From: Archaeoglobaceae archaeon
Lineage (GTDB): Archaea; Halobacteriota; Archaeoglobi; Archaeoglobales; Archaeoglobaceae
NCBI GenBank assembly: GCA_038893835.1
Contig: JAWAQR010000002.1
Location: 2,632-66,631 of the forward strand
Length of the DNA stretch: 64,000 bases
Direction: 5' to 3'
In this document: one piece after another, positions 1 to 9,822 of the stretch
Position numbering within the stretch: the first letter of the stretch is position 1
Layout: each line of letters starts with the position of its first letter
The notes under the pieces: model-generated
The model's input: only the letters and a program-made list of their open reading frames with translations
Database searches by the model: none
Told to the model about the DNA's origin: nothing
Translations under genes and position numbers: made by a program

Positions 1-662
1 CCACCATCGGTCATTGGACAGCAATCGAGTAAAGTGAGGGGAGAGCAGATCATTCTAGATTTTAGAACATCTTCAACTTTCAGATCACCATATTTTCCAT
101 AGAATTGTGCTTTTGGATTTATTGCACCATATTTGTGGTTTTTAACGGAAACGTGAGCCATCATCTCTCTTAACTTCTCCAATGGGATCTCATATTTTTT
201 CGCATAATACCTTGCAGCCAAGGCGAAGACGCCTGGAAAAGTTAGGCCTGCAGTCATTTCATAAACTCCATCCACAGCTGTTGCTAAAGCTCTTGTCCCT
301 ATTGCAGTTCCAGCGCTTAAAAGCTTTTCAGCACCCCCAACAACGACACAGTTGTAGTAACCAGCTTTAACAGCTCTAACAGCTTCTCTGAATGCAACAC
401 TTGAAGAAGCGCAGGCTCCTTCATATCTTATAGCTGGCAAATTCTTCAATCCCACTTCATCAGCAACAAATCCACTCAGATTTGCGGAACCATCGGTCAT
501 TTCTCCGACAAAGTTGCCGAAATAAACAGCTTCGATATCCTTTAGCTCTATGTTCGCATCTTTTAAAGCCTCAAAAAAAGCCTCTGCAAACAAGTCTACC
601 AGAGATTTATCCGGATGTTTTCCAAACTTTGTCATTCCTACTCCAATAACAGCCACTCTCAA
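1..662 (-). CDS. thiolase (acetyl-CoA acetyltransferase / SCP-x-type 3-ketoacyl-CoA thiolase); N-terminal ~220 codons, C-terminus lies beyond window start
   Basis: My own minus-strand translation from TTG at 662 gives [21 protein letters not shown]...IRYEGACASSSVAFREAVRAVKAGYYNCVVVGGAEKL...LLDCCPMTDGG, with a typical thiolase N-terminal domain and active-site Cys context. The TTG start overlaps the TGA of the upstream gene (TTGA). The ORF track misses it because it has a non-ATG start and is truncated. Confidence 0.85.
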   Translation of the reverse strand, partial: MRVAVIGVGMTKFGKHPDKSLVDLFAEAFFEALKDANIELKDIEAVYFGNFVGEMTDGSANLSGFVADEVGLKNLPAIRYEGACASSSVAFREAVRAVKAGYYNCVVVGGAEKLLSAGTAIGTRALATAVDGVYEMTAGLTFPGVFALAARYYAKKYEIPLEKLREMMAHVSVKNHKYGAINPKAQFYGKYGDLKVEDVLKSRMICSPLTLLDCCPMTDG

Positions 663-1141
663 ACTTTCACCTCCTCAAAGTTTTCACCTTCATAGAGAAT
701 GAGCAAATAGATCAGGTAACTGAGCTTGTTAAGAACTTCTACAACCTCCTCATCTATCAATCCATTCCTGTAAAGACTCACAGCCTTTCTCTCTGCTCTC
801 CTAACCACAGCTCTCGCTACACTTAACGCGGAGGTTGCTCCATCTTTTTCGAGTATTACAAAACAGTTTGGCCTTTCAACCTTCTTTTCAATCTCTTCTA
901 TCATCGTTAGAACTCTCTCAAGCTCATTACCTGAATTCCTGTTTCCCGCTATTTTTGCGCAGATGCGGAAAAGGATAAGCTGGATATCCTTTAAAATCGC
1001 CTTTACATCTTCTTTTTTACTCAAAACTTTTGCAAGTCCAACGAAAGCGTTCGCTTCATCCACGCTCCCAAGAGCTTCCACGATAATCGAATCTTTCCAG
1101 ACTTTACCATTCAAAGTGCTTGTCTCGAATGGTTTCAACAT
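659..1141 (-). CDS. ATP:cob(I)alamin adenosyltransferase, PduO/MMAB type
   Basis: 160 aa. The N-terminal pattern ...[22 protein letters not shown]... and the size fit the PduO-type adenosyltransferase. It sits in an operon with MeaB and the methylmalonyl-CoA mutase subunits and overlaps its neighbours. Confidence 0.8.
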   Translation of the reverse strand: MLKPFETSTLNGKVWKDSIIVEALGSVDEANAFVGLAKVLSKKEDVKAILKDIQLILFRICAKIAGNRNSGNELERVLTMIEEIEKKVERPNCFVILEKDGATSALSVARAVVRRAERKAVSLYRNGLIDEEVVEVLNKLSYLIYLLILYEGENFEEVKV

Positions 1142-2127
1142 TTGAGCACCTCTTTCACTATCATATCCGCAGCTGTGTATGGATCGATCTCTCCATCCAA
1201 AATGGATTTGTATCTCTTTATAATTTCAGCTCTAATCTCTTCTATGGCTATTTCTATAGCTGATAACTTCGCCTTCTCCTTCCTCTTTTCCTGAAGAATT
1301 CCATTCTTTTTCAGCACCTCGAAATGCTTTTCTATTTCATCCGCAAGTTCCCTTATCCCTATACCTCTGTCCGCAATTGTTTTAAGTACAGGTTTTTTCC
1401 ACTTAAGTCTTTGGATTAGCTTTACCTCATCCGCATGACTTAGCTTGGAAAGTTCCATTACAGTCTCTTCATCCAGCGAAAGCATATATTTAAGCCATCT
1501 TTCTACGTTTTCAGCCCCTTCCAGATCTGCTTTGTTTATAACAAAGATGTCCCCGATTTCCAATATTCCAGCCTTGTTAACCTGTATATCATCGCCAGTT
1601 TCCGGCATTAAAATGACCACAACAGTATCCGCAACTTCCAATACTCCAACTTCACTCTGCCCAGCACCAACAGTCTCTACCAATATCTTTTCATATCCCG
1701 CAGCATCTAGGAGTTTAACAACGTCTCCAGTTTTCTTAGCAATACCTCCAAGCCTTCCACGAGATCCCATGCTCCTGAAAAATACTTTTTCATCCAGCCA
1801 GAGATTTTTATTGACATCAGCCCCTTCAAGGCGCAGTCGATCCCCGAGCAAAGCCCCGCCGGTGAAGGGAGAGCTGGGATCTACAGCGACTATTCCAACG
1901 CTTTTTCCCCTTTTTCTGAATTCCTCGGTTAACTTGCTAACTATTGTACTTTTCCCAACTCCAGGAAAACCTGTGATGCCTATTACATGAGCTCTGCCGG
2001 TTCTTGGATAAAGTCTTCGCAATATTTCCTTTGATTGTGGATGCTCATTTTCCACAAGCGTTATGGCTTTTGCTAGAAACCTTCTATTTCCACTTTCAAC
2101 ACCTTTAATTAATTCTTCTACGTTCAT
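1135..2127 (-). CDS. meaB: methylmalonyl-CoA mutase-associated G-protein chaperone MeaB/ArgK
   Basis: 330 aa with P-loop GFPGVGKST, a [10 protein letters not shown] switch motif and INKAD (NKxD). It overlaps the mutase small subunit by 4 nt. Confidence 0.9.
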   Translation of the reverse strand: MNVEELIKGVESGNRRFLAKAITLVENEHPQSKEILRRLYPRTGRAHVIGITGFPGVGKSTIVSKLTEEFRKRGKSVGIVAVDPSSPFTGGALLGDRLRLEGADVNKNLWLDEKVFFRSMGSRGRLGGIAKKTGDVVKLLDAAGYEKILVETVGAGQSEVGVLEVADTVVVILMPETGDDIQVNKAGILEIGDIFVINKADLEGAENVERWLKYMLSLDEETVMELSKLSHADEVKLIQRLKWKKPVLKTIADRGIGIRELADEIEKHFEVLKKNGILQEKRKEKAKLSAIEIAIEEIRAEIIKRYKSILDGEIDPYTAADMIVKEVLKC

Positions 2128-2543
2128 TTACTTCCCTTCTTCCTTTTTTCGGGGAGTTTCTCTTTTATAAACTTTATTATTTCCGATATGGGAGTTCCGG
2201 GAATGAAAATACCATCAACCCCAGCTTCCTTTAATTTTGGAAAATCGTCGTGCGGTATTGTACCTCCCACTAAAATTAGAATTTCATCGGGATTTCCGCC
2301 GAATTCACGTATGTATTGAATAACCCTTGGAACTAGCGGTATATGTGCACCGCTCAGTAAGGATATACCAACTACGTCCACATCCTCATCAACCGCTGCT
2401 CTCGCAACTTCTTGCGGAGTTCGATGGAGTCCAGTGTAAATCACTTCAAACCCCGCATCTCTCAAAAATCTTGCAAGAACTTTTGCGCCACGATCATGAC
2501 CATCTAGCCCAACTTTTGCGATTAACACTCTAATCCTTTCCAT
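2124..2543 (-). CDS. methylmalonyl-CoA mutase, B12-binding (C-terminal domain) subunit
   Basis: 139 aa with the cobalamin-binding DxHxxG motif ([10 protein letters not shown]). The size and the split-subunit arrangement are typical of archaeal MCM. Confidence 0.9.
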   Translation of the reverse strand: MERIRVLIAKVGLDGHDRGAKVLARFLRDAGFEVIYTGLHRTPQEVARAAVDEDVDVVGISLLSGAHIPLVPRVIQYIREFGGNPDEILILVGGTIPHDDFPKLKEAGVDGIFIPGTPISEIIKFIKEKLPEKRKKGSK

Positions 2544-2551
2544 CGCACCAC

Positions 2552-4243
2552 CTAGATTATTATTGGTTTTCTATAGGTTCCATAAACCTTTTTGAAGGTC
2601 CCCATTATTTCGCCTATCGTAGCGTATCTTTTTACAGCCTCAAATACTGCTGGCATAACGTTTTCATTGTTCTCACAACAGCTTCTTATCCAGTCTAACA
2701 CTTCTCTTACAGCTTCATTATCCCTTTCAGCTTTAACTTTTCTCAATCTTTCGATCTGCCTCCTTTGAACTTCTGGATCAACTTTGAGAAGAGGAATTCT
2801 TAAATCCTCTTCTATTCTGAACTTATTAACTCCTACAATTATTCTGCTACCTTCTTCAATCTCTTTCTGATATCTTGCAGCCGAATCTGAAATTTCACGT
2901 ACGAAAAATCCATTTTCTATACCTTTCAGCACTCCTTTAACCATACTTCCATTTCCCATCTCTTTGATCTTTTCAATGTACTTCCATGCGAGTCTTTCCA
3001 TTTTGTCTGTCAACCATTCCACATAGTAACTTCCAGCAAGTGGATCTACAACATTTGCAACTCCACTTTCGTAAGCGATTATCTGCTGCGTTCTAAGCGC
3101 AACTCTGACGGCTTCTTCACTCGGTAAGGCCCAAGCTTCATCGAAGCTGTTGGTGTGTAAGCTTTGACAACCTCCGAGCACAGCTGCCAAAGCTTGAATC
3201 GTTACGCGGACTATGTTGTTTAATGGTTGCTGAGCTGTGAGTGTGCAACCTGCAGTTTGAACATGGAACTTCATCCACCAAGATCTTGGATCCTTGGCAC
3301 CATATATGTCTCTCATTATCTTTGCCCACATCCTCCTAGCAGCTCTGAACTTGGCTATCTCTTCAAAAAAGTCGTTGTGAGCGTTGAAGAAGAAGCTAAG
3401 CTGTGGAGCTAGTTTATCTATGTCTATTCCCCTTTCAATTGCAGCCTCTACGTAAGCCATGCCATCTGCAATTGTGAAAGCAAGCTCCTGAACAGCTGTA
3501 GAACCAGCTTCCCTTATGTGGTAGCCAGATATGCTTATCAGATTGAACTTTGGCACATTCTTAATACCCCACTCGAATATGTCCACTATTATTTTGAGCG
3601 ATGGTTCTGGAGGGAGCACTATTGTGTTCTGTGCATGGAACTCCTTGAACATGTCATTCTGAATCGTGCCCCTTATTTTATCCCTTGGAACCCCTTGCAT
3701 GTCTCCTATAGCTGTATACATGGCCAAAATTATTCCTGCTGGAGGATTAATCGTGAACGATGTTGAAACTTTATCCAGCGGTATACCGTCGAAGAGAATT
3801 TCAAAGTCCTTTAACGTATCAACAGCAACACCGCATTTTCCAACTTCTCCATCTGCGAGAGGATCATCGCTATCTAGCCCCATGAGTGTTGGAAAGTCAA
3901 ATGCTGTGCTTAATCCCGTTTCTCCTTCCTCTAGCAACATCTTCCACCTTTTATTTGTATCTTCAGCAGTCCCAAAGCCTGAGAATAGGCGCATAGTCCA
4001 CAATCTGCCACGGTACATGGTTGGATAAACTCCCCTGGTAAATGGGAACTCACCAGGATAGCCTATATCTCTTAAAAAGTCTATGTGAGCTATATCTGAT
4101 GGGTCATAAATGTCAGCTATTTCAATTCCTGATAAAGTTTCAAACTTCTTTATTTCCCTTTCACTTTTGGATAACCAGGGTTCAAGGCACTCATTCTCCC
4201 ATTCTCTTCTTTTTTCTTTTATTTTCTCGATCATTTCACCCAT
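2552..4243 (-). CDS. methylmalonyl-CoA mutase, catalytic (N-terminal TIM-barrel) large subunit
   Basis: 563 aa. Strong family pattern: FPFTRGVYPTMYRGRLWTMRLFSGFG, TGLSTAFDFPT, HVQTAGCTLTAQQPLNN. Confidence 0.95.
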   Translation of the reverse strand: MGEMIEKIKEKRREWENECLEPWLSKSEREIKKFETLSGIEIADIYDPSDIAHIDFLRDIGYPGEFPFTRGVYPTMYRGRLWTMRLFSGFGTAEDTNKRWKMLLEEGETGLSTAFDFPTLMGLDSDDPLADGEVGKCGVAVDTLKDFEILFDGIPLDKVSTSFTINPPAGIILAMYTAIGDMQGVPRDKIRGTIQNDMFKEFHAQNTIVLPPEPSLKIIVDIFEWGIKNVPKFNLISISGYHIREAGSTAVQELAFTIADGMAYVEAAIERGIDIDKLAPQLSFFFNAHNDFFEEIAKFRAARRMWAKIMRDIYGAKDPRSWWMKFHVQTAGCTLTAQQPLNNIVRVTIQALAAVLGGCQSLHTNSFDEAWALPSEEAVRVALRTQQIIAYESGVANVVDPLAGSYYVEWLTDKMERLAWKYIEKIKEMGNGSMVKGVLKGIENGFFVREISDSAARYQKEIEEGSRIIVGVNKFRIEEDLRIPLLKVDPEVQRRQIERLRKVKAERDNEAVREVLDWIRSCCENNENVMPAVFEAVKRYATIGEIMGTFKKVYGTYRKPIII

Positions 4244-4359
4244 ATTTGTATTTTTAACTATTAGATTAAAAACTTTTTCGTATTTATCTGCTAAAATTCG
4301 AAAAATTTAAAAACTTAGTAAAAGTAAACAAATTTTAGAGAAAAATTGAAGGTGAGATT

Positions 4360-6123
4360 ATGGGGATGACAAATGTGTATAAAGAATTTATAAATTTGGT
4401 GCAGATGCCTGACGACGAAAGGAAAGCTAGGGCTATGGAAGAATTCTTCAGAAAGCTGAATACGATGGAATTGCCAGAGTATTTCAATTGGGCTAAAGAG
4501 GTATTTGAAGATATAAATGTAAAGGAGAGAGGTGATCAGACCGCGTTGCTTTGGGTGAATATCGATACTGGAGAAAAGAAGAAATTCAGCTATTCTGAAT
4601 TCGCAAAAGAAGGTAACAAGCTGATCAACGCATTGAGAGGAGAAGGGCTTCAAAAAGGAGAAAACATATACATGATGATTCCACTTTTCCCGGAGATCTG
4701 GTTTGCAACATATGCAACTGTAAAAGGTGGTTTTATAGGTGTTCCAACTGCAACAATAATGACAGTTCGTGATCTCGAATTCAGGTTCAGGACTTATCCG
4801 CCAGATGCAGTAATAGCAGATGAAAACTCTGCAAAGGTGATAGATGAAGCTTTGAAGAACGTTGGAATGCAACCAAAGGTTAAGATTGTTATCGGAGCTA
4901 GGAGTGGCTGGAAGAGTTACGATGAAGTCAAGAAAGAGAAAAGTGATGCTGAAGCTGCAAAAACAAAGTCAAATGACATAGTCTTCTGTTTCTTTACATC
5001 AGGAACAACTGGATTGCCAAAGAGAGTCGTTCATACAGCAACGAGCTATCCACTAGGTCATCTGAGTACTGCGATGATATTAAACCTGCATCCTGGCGAC
5101 ATTCACAACAATCTAAGCGCACCGGGATGGGCTAAGTACGCTTGGAGCAGTTTCTTCCCACCGCTTACAGTTGGAGCTACAACTACTGGCTTTTATCATG
5201 CTGGAAGACTGAATGGAGAACAGTATTTACAAGCCATACAAGATTATGGAGTAACAACGTTCTGCGCTCCACCAACTGCTTGGAGAATTTTCATGCTCAC
5301 CGATATTGGTAAATTCGACTTTAAGCTAAGAGAAGTCGTTAGCGCTGGCGAGCCTTTAAATCCAGAGATTTACGATAGATGGCTCAAGGAAACTGAAACA
5401 GAGATTAGGGACTTCTATGGTCAAACAGAAAGCACAGCAATGATCGGAAATCCTCCATGGTATAAGGGAGGGAAGATAGTCCCAGGCTCCTTTGGCAGAC
5501 CAACTTTCATGTACGACATAACACTCGTCGACGATGAAGGTAGAGAGATAACTAAGCCAAATGAAGTTGGGCACATAGTGGTTAAACTTGACAGATGGAG
5601 ACCAATTGGATTGTTCAAAGAATACATGGGGGATCCAGAAAAGACTGCAAAGGTCTTCGTTGGAAAATACTACTATACTGGAGATAAAGCTTTCTTCGAT
5701 GAAAAGGGTTATTGGTACTTCGTTGGCAGAGCTGATGACGTGATAAAGACCTCTGACTACAGAGTTGGACCATTTGAGGTTGAAAGCGCATTACTGGAGC
5801 ATCCAGCAGTTGCGGAATCTGCAGTAGTTGGCAGTCCACATCCAATAAGATATCAGCTTGTAAAGGCATTTGTTGTGCTTAAACCGGGTTATAAGCCATC
5901 AAGGGAGCTAGCTCTTGACTTATTCAAACACTGTAGAAACATTCTCGCCAGATATAAGATTCCGAGAATAATCGAATTCGTTCCAGAATTGCCAAAGACA
6001 ATAAGTGGTAAGATAAGAAGAGTTGAATTAAGAGCTATAGAGGAGGAAAAGAAGAAGAAAGGAGAACGCGGAGAACACGAGTACTTCTACGACGACTTCC
6101 CAGAACTCAAGACTGCAGGTTAA
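4360..6123 (+). CDS. AMP-forming acyl-CoA synthetase (medium-chain/ACSM-like)
   Basis: 587 aa with ANL-superfamily motifs FFTSGTTGLPKRVVH, YGQTES, YYTGDKAFFDEKGYWYFVGRADDVIK and C-terminal PKTISGKIRR (A10 lysine). Divergent from the MCM operon. Confidence 0.85.
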   Translation: MGMTNVYKEFINLVQMPDDERKARAMEEFFRKLNTMELPEYFNWAKEVFEDINVKERGDQTALLWVNIDTGEKKKFSYSEFAKEGNKLINALRGEGLQKGENIYMMIPLFPEIWFATYATVKGGFIGVPTATIMTVRDLEFRFRTYPPDAVIADENSAKVIDEALKNVGMQPKVKIVIGARSGWKSYDEVKKEKSDAEAAKTKSNDIVFCFFTSGTTGLPKRVVHTATSYPLGHLSTAMILNLHPGDIHNNLSAPGWAKYAWSSFFPPLTVGATTTGFYHAGRLNGEQYLQAIQDYGVTTFCAPPTAWRIFMLTDIGKFDFKLREVVSAGEPLNPEIYDRWLKETETEIRDFYGQTESTAMIGNPPWYKGGKIVPGSFGRPTFMYDITLVDDEGREITKPNEVGHIVVKLDRWRPIGLFKEYMGDPEKTAKVFVGKYYYTGDKAFFDEKGYWYFVGRADDVIKTSDYRVGPFEVESALLEHPAVAESAVVGSPHPIRYQLVKAFVVLKPGYKPSRELALDLFKHCRNILARYKIPRIIEFVPELPKTISGKIRRVELRAIEEEKKKKGERGEHEYFYDDFPELKTAG

Positions 6124-6137
6124 TTTTTTAATTTTTT

Positions 6138-6950
6138 ATGTTTACTGGTATTTTTTATCATGAAAGCTTCAGTAGGAGAAGCTATCTAACCTTGGGTAAC
6201 AGGTTGAGAGATTTTCCAAAAGCTTTTGAGCTCTTGGAAGGAAGAAGGGTGAAAATATTTGAATCTCCTGAAGTCAGTCTCAAGCTGGTTAGGAAAGTGC
6301 ATTCGGAAAGGATGATTGAGGCAGTTTTTAAAGAGAAACTATGTTCAACAGCTCTAAGATCTGCGGGAGGTGTTGTTAAAGCTTCTGAAATGGTCTTTTG
6401 CAATCATTTGAAGAACGCATTTTGCTACATAGGCACTGGAGGTCATCATGCCGGAAGGGATTATTTCTGGGGCTATTGTTGCTTCAACGACGTTGTTTTG
6501 GCCATTGAAAATATAGTTGAAAAATTTGGAAGCAAGAGATTTGCAATCATCGACACGGATGCGCATCACGGTGATGGGACCAGGGAACTGGTTAGGGATG
6601 AAGTTCTTCATTTTTGCATTTGTGACAGAGATTATGAGTCGAGGGATGGCTTGAAGATAGATAGAAGCTATTTTACAAACGACTACTTTGACTGCATTGA
6701 AGAATTCGTAGAAAAATGTGAAAAATTCTCTCCAGAGTTGATTTTCTGGTACTTTGGCCATGACACTCACGTGGGAGATTACGCTGACATCGGGATGAAA
6801 GTGGAAGATTATGTGAAAATTGCAAAAATTTTGAAAGAATGTGCTGAGAAAGTTTGTAGTGGTAAGCTTGTAACGGTTCTTGGCGGTGGCAGTCTGCCTG
6901 AAATAGCAAGGGATTCGACGATTGCAATAATTAGGGAACTCAGTGAGTAA
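6138..6950 (+). CDS. short histone-deacetylase/AcuC/acetylpolyamine-amidohydrolase superfamily protein
   Basis: 270 aa with GTGGHHAGRD (catalytic HH), IIDTDAHHGDGT (Zn ligands) and FGHDTHVGD. It starts 14 nt after the acyl-CoA synthetase stop. Confidence 0.75.
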   Translation: MFTGIFYHESFSRRSYLTLGNRLRDFPKAFELLEGRRVKIFESPEVSLKLVRKVHSERMIEAVFKEKLCSTALRSAGGVVKASEMVFCNHLKNAFCYIGTGGHHAGRDYFWGYCCFNDVVLAIENIVEKFGSKRFAIIDTDAHHGDGTRELVRDEVLHFCICDRDYESRDGLKIDRSYFTNDYFDCIEEFVEKCEKFSPELIFWYFGHDTHVGDYADIGMKVEDYVKIAKILKECAEKVCSGKLVTVLGGGSLPEIARDSTIAIIRELSE

Positions 6951-7770
6951 TTCCAAAGAAATTCCTTGGAGTGAACTTTTTCTTTTTCAAAAATTCCTCA
7001 CATCTTTCCCTAAACTCGTTTGAGATCCAGATTAGGGAAGTTAGATCTCTTGCAATCTCGTAGCTTGACATGGCAAATTCGGTCCAAAAATTGAGTCCTG
7101 ATTTTATCACTCTAAAAGCCTGTGGACTGCAGTTTTCCAGAATCTCATTTGCTAAATCCTTCGCAGCTCTCTCAAGTTCTTCATCTTCCACAACCTTGTT
7201 TATCAACCCAATTCTAAACGCCTCCTCTGCATCTATTATTTTTCCGGTTAGCAAAAGCTCTCTAGCTCTTCTCTCTCCAATTAAAAGCGGTAGGAGCTGA
7301 ACCCCAAGTCCCATTGCAGTGGAACCAACTCTTACCTCTGGCTGACCAAATTTTGCATTCTTGGAAGCTATGACAAAGTCACATGCCATCGCGATTTCAT
7401 TTCCTCCAGCTACGCAATAACCACGTACTGCTGCAATCGTAGGTTTTCCAACACTTCGAAGAAAGCGAACAACATCTAGATAACTTTCAAACCATTTTAT
7501 CGCATTCTCGAAATCTAGAGAAATCAACTCCCTGATATCTGCTCCTACACAGAAATTTTTTGTTTTTGTCGAAATTATGATTGCAAAAGCTTTTTCATCA
7601 GCTTCAAAAAGAGCTTTATGCAATTCTTTCAAAAGTTTCAATCTGAGTGTGTTCATTTCCGAATCTTTGAGATATATCCAGGCAATCTTTCCATCGAGCT
7701 GTAATTCGACACCCATGATGAAAGTCTGTTCGAAGTATTTAATACCTTCGAATAAAAAACTCTTTTCCAT
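6940..7770 (-). CDS. enoyl-CoA hydratase/isomerase (crotonase) family protein
   Basis: 276 aa with a crotonase fold pattern: FCVGADIRE, AAVRGYCVAGGNEIAMACDFVIAS, FGQPEVRVG. An alternative start at M19 (7716) would remove the 32-nt overlap with the upstream gene. Confidence 0.8.
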   Translation of the reverse strand: MEKSFLFEGIKYFEQTFIMGVELQLDGKIAWIYLKDSEMNTLRLKLLKELHKALFEADEKAFAIIISTKTKNFCVGADIRELISLDFENAIKWFESYLDVVRFLRSVGKPTIAAVRGYCVAGGNEIAMACDFVIASKNAKFGQPEVRVGSTAMGLGVQLLPLLIGERRARELLLTGKIIDAEEAFRIGLINKVVEDEELERAAKDLANEILENCSPQAFRVIKSGLNFWTEFAMSSYEIARDLTSLIWISNEFRERCEEFLKKKKFTPRNFFGITH

Positions 7771-8872
7771 CTTCGAACCTAATTTCCCCTATTTCCACAG
7801 TATCGAAATCTGAAAAGGCAGATACTATCAGGATCTTTTCGTTTATACTCTTCAGTAAACCCATTCCAAGGTATTTCTTTCCCTTATACAGTCCAACGAT
7901 CACGTTTCTAAGTTCTTCCTCGCTAAAAATGAATACGTCATCTACTTCATAAAGATCCTTGAGTTCTCTGATTATTCCTAGATCTATCTCGGCCCTCTTC
8001 TTCAAACATATGCTCAGAAAACCATCTCCCAGTTTTGCGAAGGCGACATCTTCTATCAGCGAGGCTATGAATTGTGTGATATCTTTTCCATTTAGCAAGT
8101 CTGGTTTGAGCTTAATGTTCTTCTTCTCAAATTCCATGATCTTCGAATTTCTCAAGAATTTTATATAAGACTCGCATCTTGCCTTAATTCTTTCAATTTT
8201 CCCCCTCTTCAATACAGGTCCCTTTTCAACTTCGTAAACTTCATAATCTTCGAACTGTTTCCCCTCGAATGAAACGATCAAGTCTGGCTCTGTTATTTCT
8301 ATCTTTGCCATTTTATACTCCTTAGCTCTTTTACCCCTAATCCAGCCAGTTGTGTCAATTATTTTTTTACCCTCGAGCTTTTTCAGCTCTTTCCAAAGTC
8401 TTGCAACCCCTCTGAGACATTTTAACTCTCTACCTTGTGGAGTTATGCTGCCTACGAAGAAACCATTTATCATTTCAACCTGAGAAAGGGCTGCAACGTC
8501 TTTGACGAACCCGTAACCCATGGCTCCTGAATGGGCAATGTCTGCCTGTCCTATGTCTAAATCTAGAACGTAAGCTCCTCCAACTTTGTTTGCTAGATAA
8601 GTTGCTAGAGTACTCTTTCCACTATCAACTCCACCGTATAGGAAAATGGTTTCCCAGTCTTTTTTTGCAAGCTTTTTCCAGCTTTCAGGAATTGTAAAAC
8701 CGTCTACGATGAAGTACTCTCCTCTAACTTCAGCCTCCACATCTCCAAAGCATTCGATTGGCACAAACTTGTCGCATTCAAAGTATTTTAACCTAGAACC
8801 AATTACCTCAGCATCTCCTTCAATTCTTACACATCCCTTCGCAATTAGAGTCTTACCTTTTTCGACCCTCAT
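7739..8872 (-). CDS. Clp1/Grc3-type polynucleotide 5'-hydroxyl kinase
   Basis: 377 aa with Walker A GGVDSGKSTLATYLANK followed by LDLDIGQADI (the Clp1-type DxDxGQ). The size matches archaeal Clp1 homologs. Confidence 0.7.
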   Translation of the reverse strand: MRVEKGKTLIAKGCVRIEGDAEVIGSRLKYFECDKFVPIECFGDVEAEVRGEYFIVDGFTIPESWKKLAKKDWETIFLYGGVDSGKSTLATYLANKVGGAYVLDLDIGQADIAHSGAMGYGFVKDVAALSQVEMINGFFVGSITPQGRELKCLRGVARLWKELKKLEGKKIIDTTGWIRGKRAKEYKMAKIEITEPDLIVSFEGKQFEDYEVYEVEKGPVLKRGKIERIKARCESYIKFLRNSKIMEFEKKNIKLKPDLLNGKDITQFIASLIEDVAFAKLGDGFLSICLKKRAEIDLGIIRELKDLYEVDDVFIFSEEELRNVIVGLYKGKKYLGMGLLKSINEKILIVSAFSDFDTVEIGEIRFEDGKEFFIRRY

Positions 8873-9777
8873 TCGCTTATCAAGATTCCCAAAATGTTCG
8901 GAGTCGCGTTCAACACTTTTTTAAAATCTCTATCTCCCATAACAGCGATGCTGAAACCATCCTCAAAGTTCTCGAAGTAATAGTATTCAAAGTTCTTCTC
9001 AGTCTCGTTTATGTTAGAGAAGAAGTAATTCTTGGTGAAGTGAATACCCCAGATTTTTTCATATCTCTGACTACTTTCATTGTATCTAAAACCTTGGAAA
9101 AAGAAATCCAGAGCACTCTCATTATCTTGAGAAAATTTTATATATTTTCTCGTCTCATTTCCAAAAATTAGGAAAAAGAAGAGGAAAGTATCGTTTAGCT
9201 TTGTAAGATGTGTCCCATAATCGTTGCCTTTTCCGCTGTTAATTCTTTTTACCACTTCCAGCACGAATGGTGTATAGCCTATGAGTAATGGATGAAAGTC
9301 TTCAACAACTGCAACCCCTCCGGAAACTTTGATTGAAAAACCATCAACATTTTGTTCGAACTGTTTGGCAAAATAAACTTTTGAAATGTTTTCATTTATG
9401 AAATAAATGTTGAAATCTCCATACTGTACGACTAGAAGCTCTTCAATTGGATGTGTGAACTCAACTATGCGTTTATTTAGATAATACATAGAAGCGAATT
9501 CGAGTTCTCTATTAAGATCTTTTTCGAAATATTCCAATAGTGGATCATTTTTACCGAGTCTTTTTAGGAGAGTATTATATTCTAAAATGTTATAATAAAA
9601 AAGTATAGTATTTTCTGGAACATAATTAACAGCTTCGAGCATCTTTAAATTTATTTTTATATTCCTCTTTTCCCTCATTCCACCTCCTGAAACGTATGCA
9701 AAGATTGAGCCGAGCATGATGAACGCCAATATTATTGCAAGGATTCTAGCAGATCTTCGTTCAAGTCTTCGAACCAT
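8869..9777 (-). CDS. hypothetical membrane-anchored protein (single N-terminal TM)
   Basis: 302-aa ORF with an N-terminal hydrophobic helix (ILAIILAFIMLGSIFAYV). ATGA overlap with the Clp1-like gene. No family recognised. Confidence 0.55.
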   Translation of the reverse strand: MVRRLERRSARILAIILAFIMLGSIFAYVSGGGMREKRNIKINLKMLEAVNYVPENTILFYYNILEYNTLLKRLGKNDPLLEYFEKDLNRELEFASMYYLNKRIVEFTHPIEELLVVQYGDFNIYFINENISKVYFAKQFEQNVDGFSIKVSGGVAVVEDFHPLLIGYTPFVLEVVKRINSGKGNDYGTHLTKLNDTFLFFFLIFGNETRKYIKFSQDNESALDFFFQGFRYNESSQRYEKIWGIHFTKNYFFSNINETEKNFEYYYFENFEDGFSIAVMGDRDFKKVLNATPNILGILISE

Positions 9778-9822
9778 GAACAGAGTTTGAAGCCAGAATA
9801 TAAAAATTTGCTTTTTGAATTT

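Noticed and set aside
4315-4872. 185-aa minus-strand ORF overlapping the 5' part of the acyl-CoA synthetase gene
   Set aside because: It is antisense to a gene with clear ANL-family motifs. The translation is Cys/Phe/Ile-rich, low-complexity and non-protein-like. The same reasoning applies to other long antisense ORFs, e.g. 1445-1990, 6354-6956, 19748-20245, 34317-34844, 41702-42190, 47874-48353, 50316-50849 and 59507-59935.
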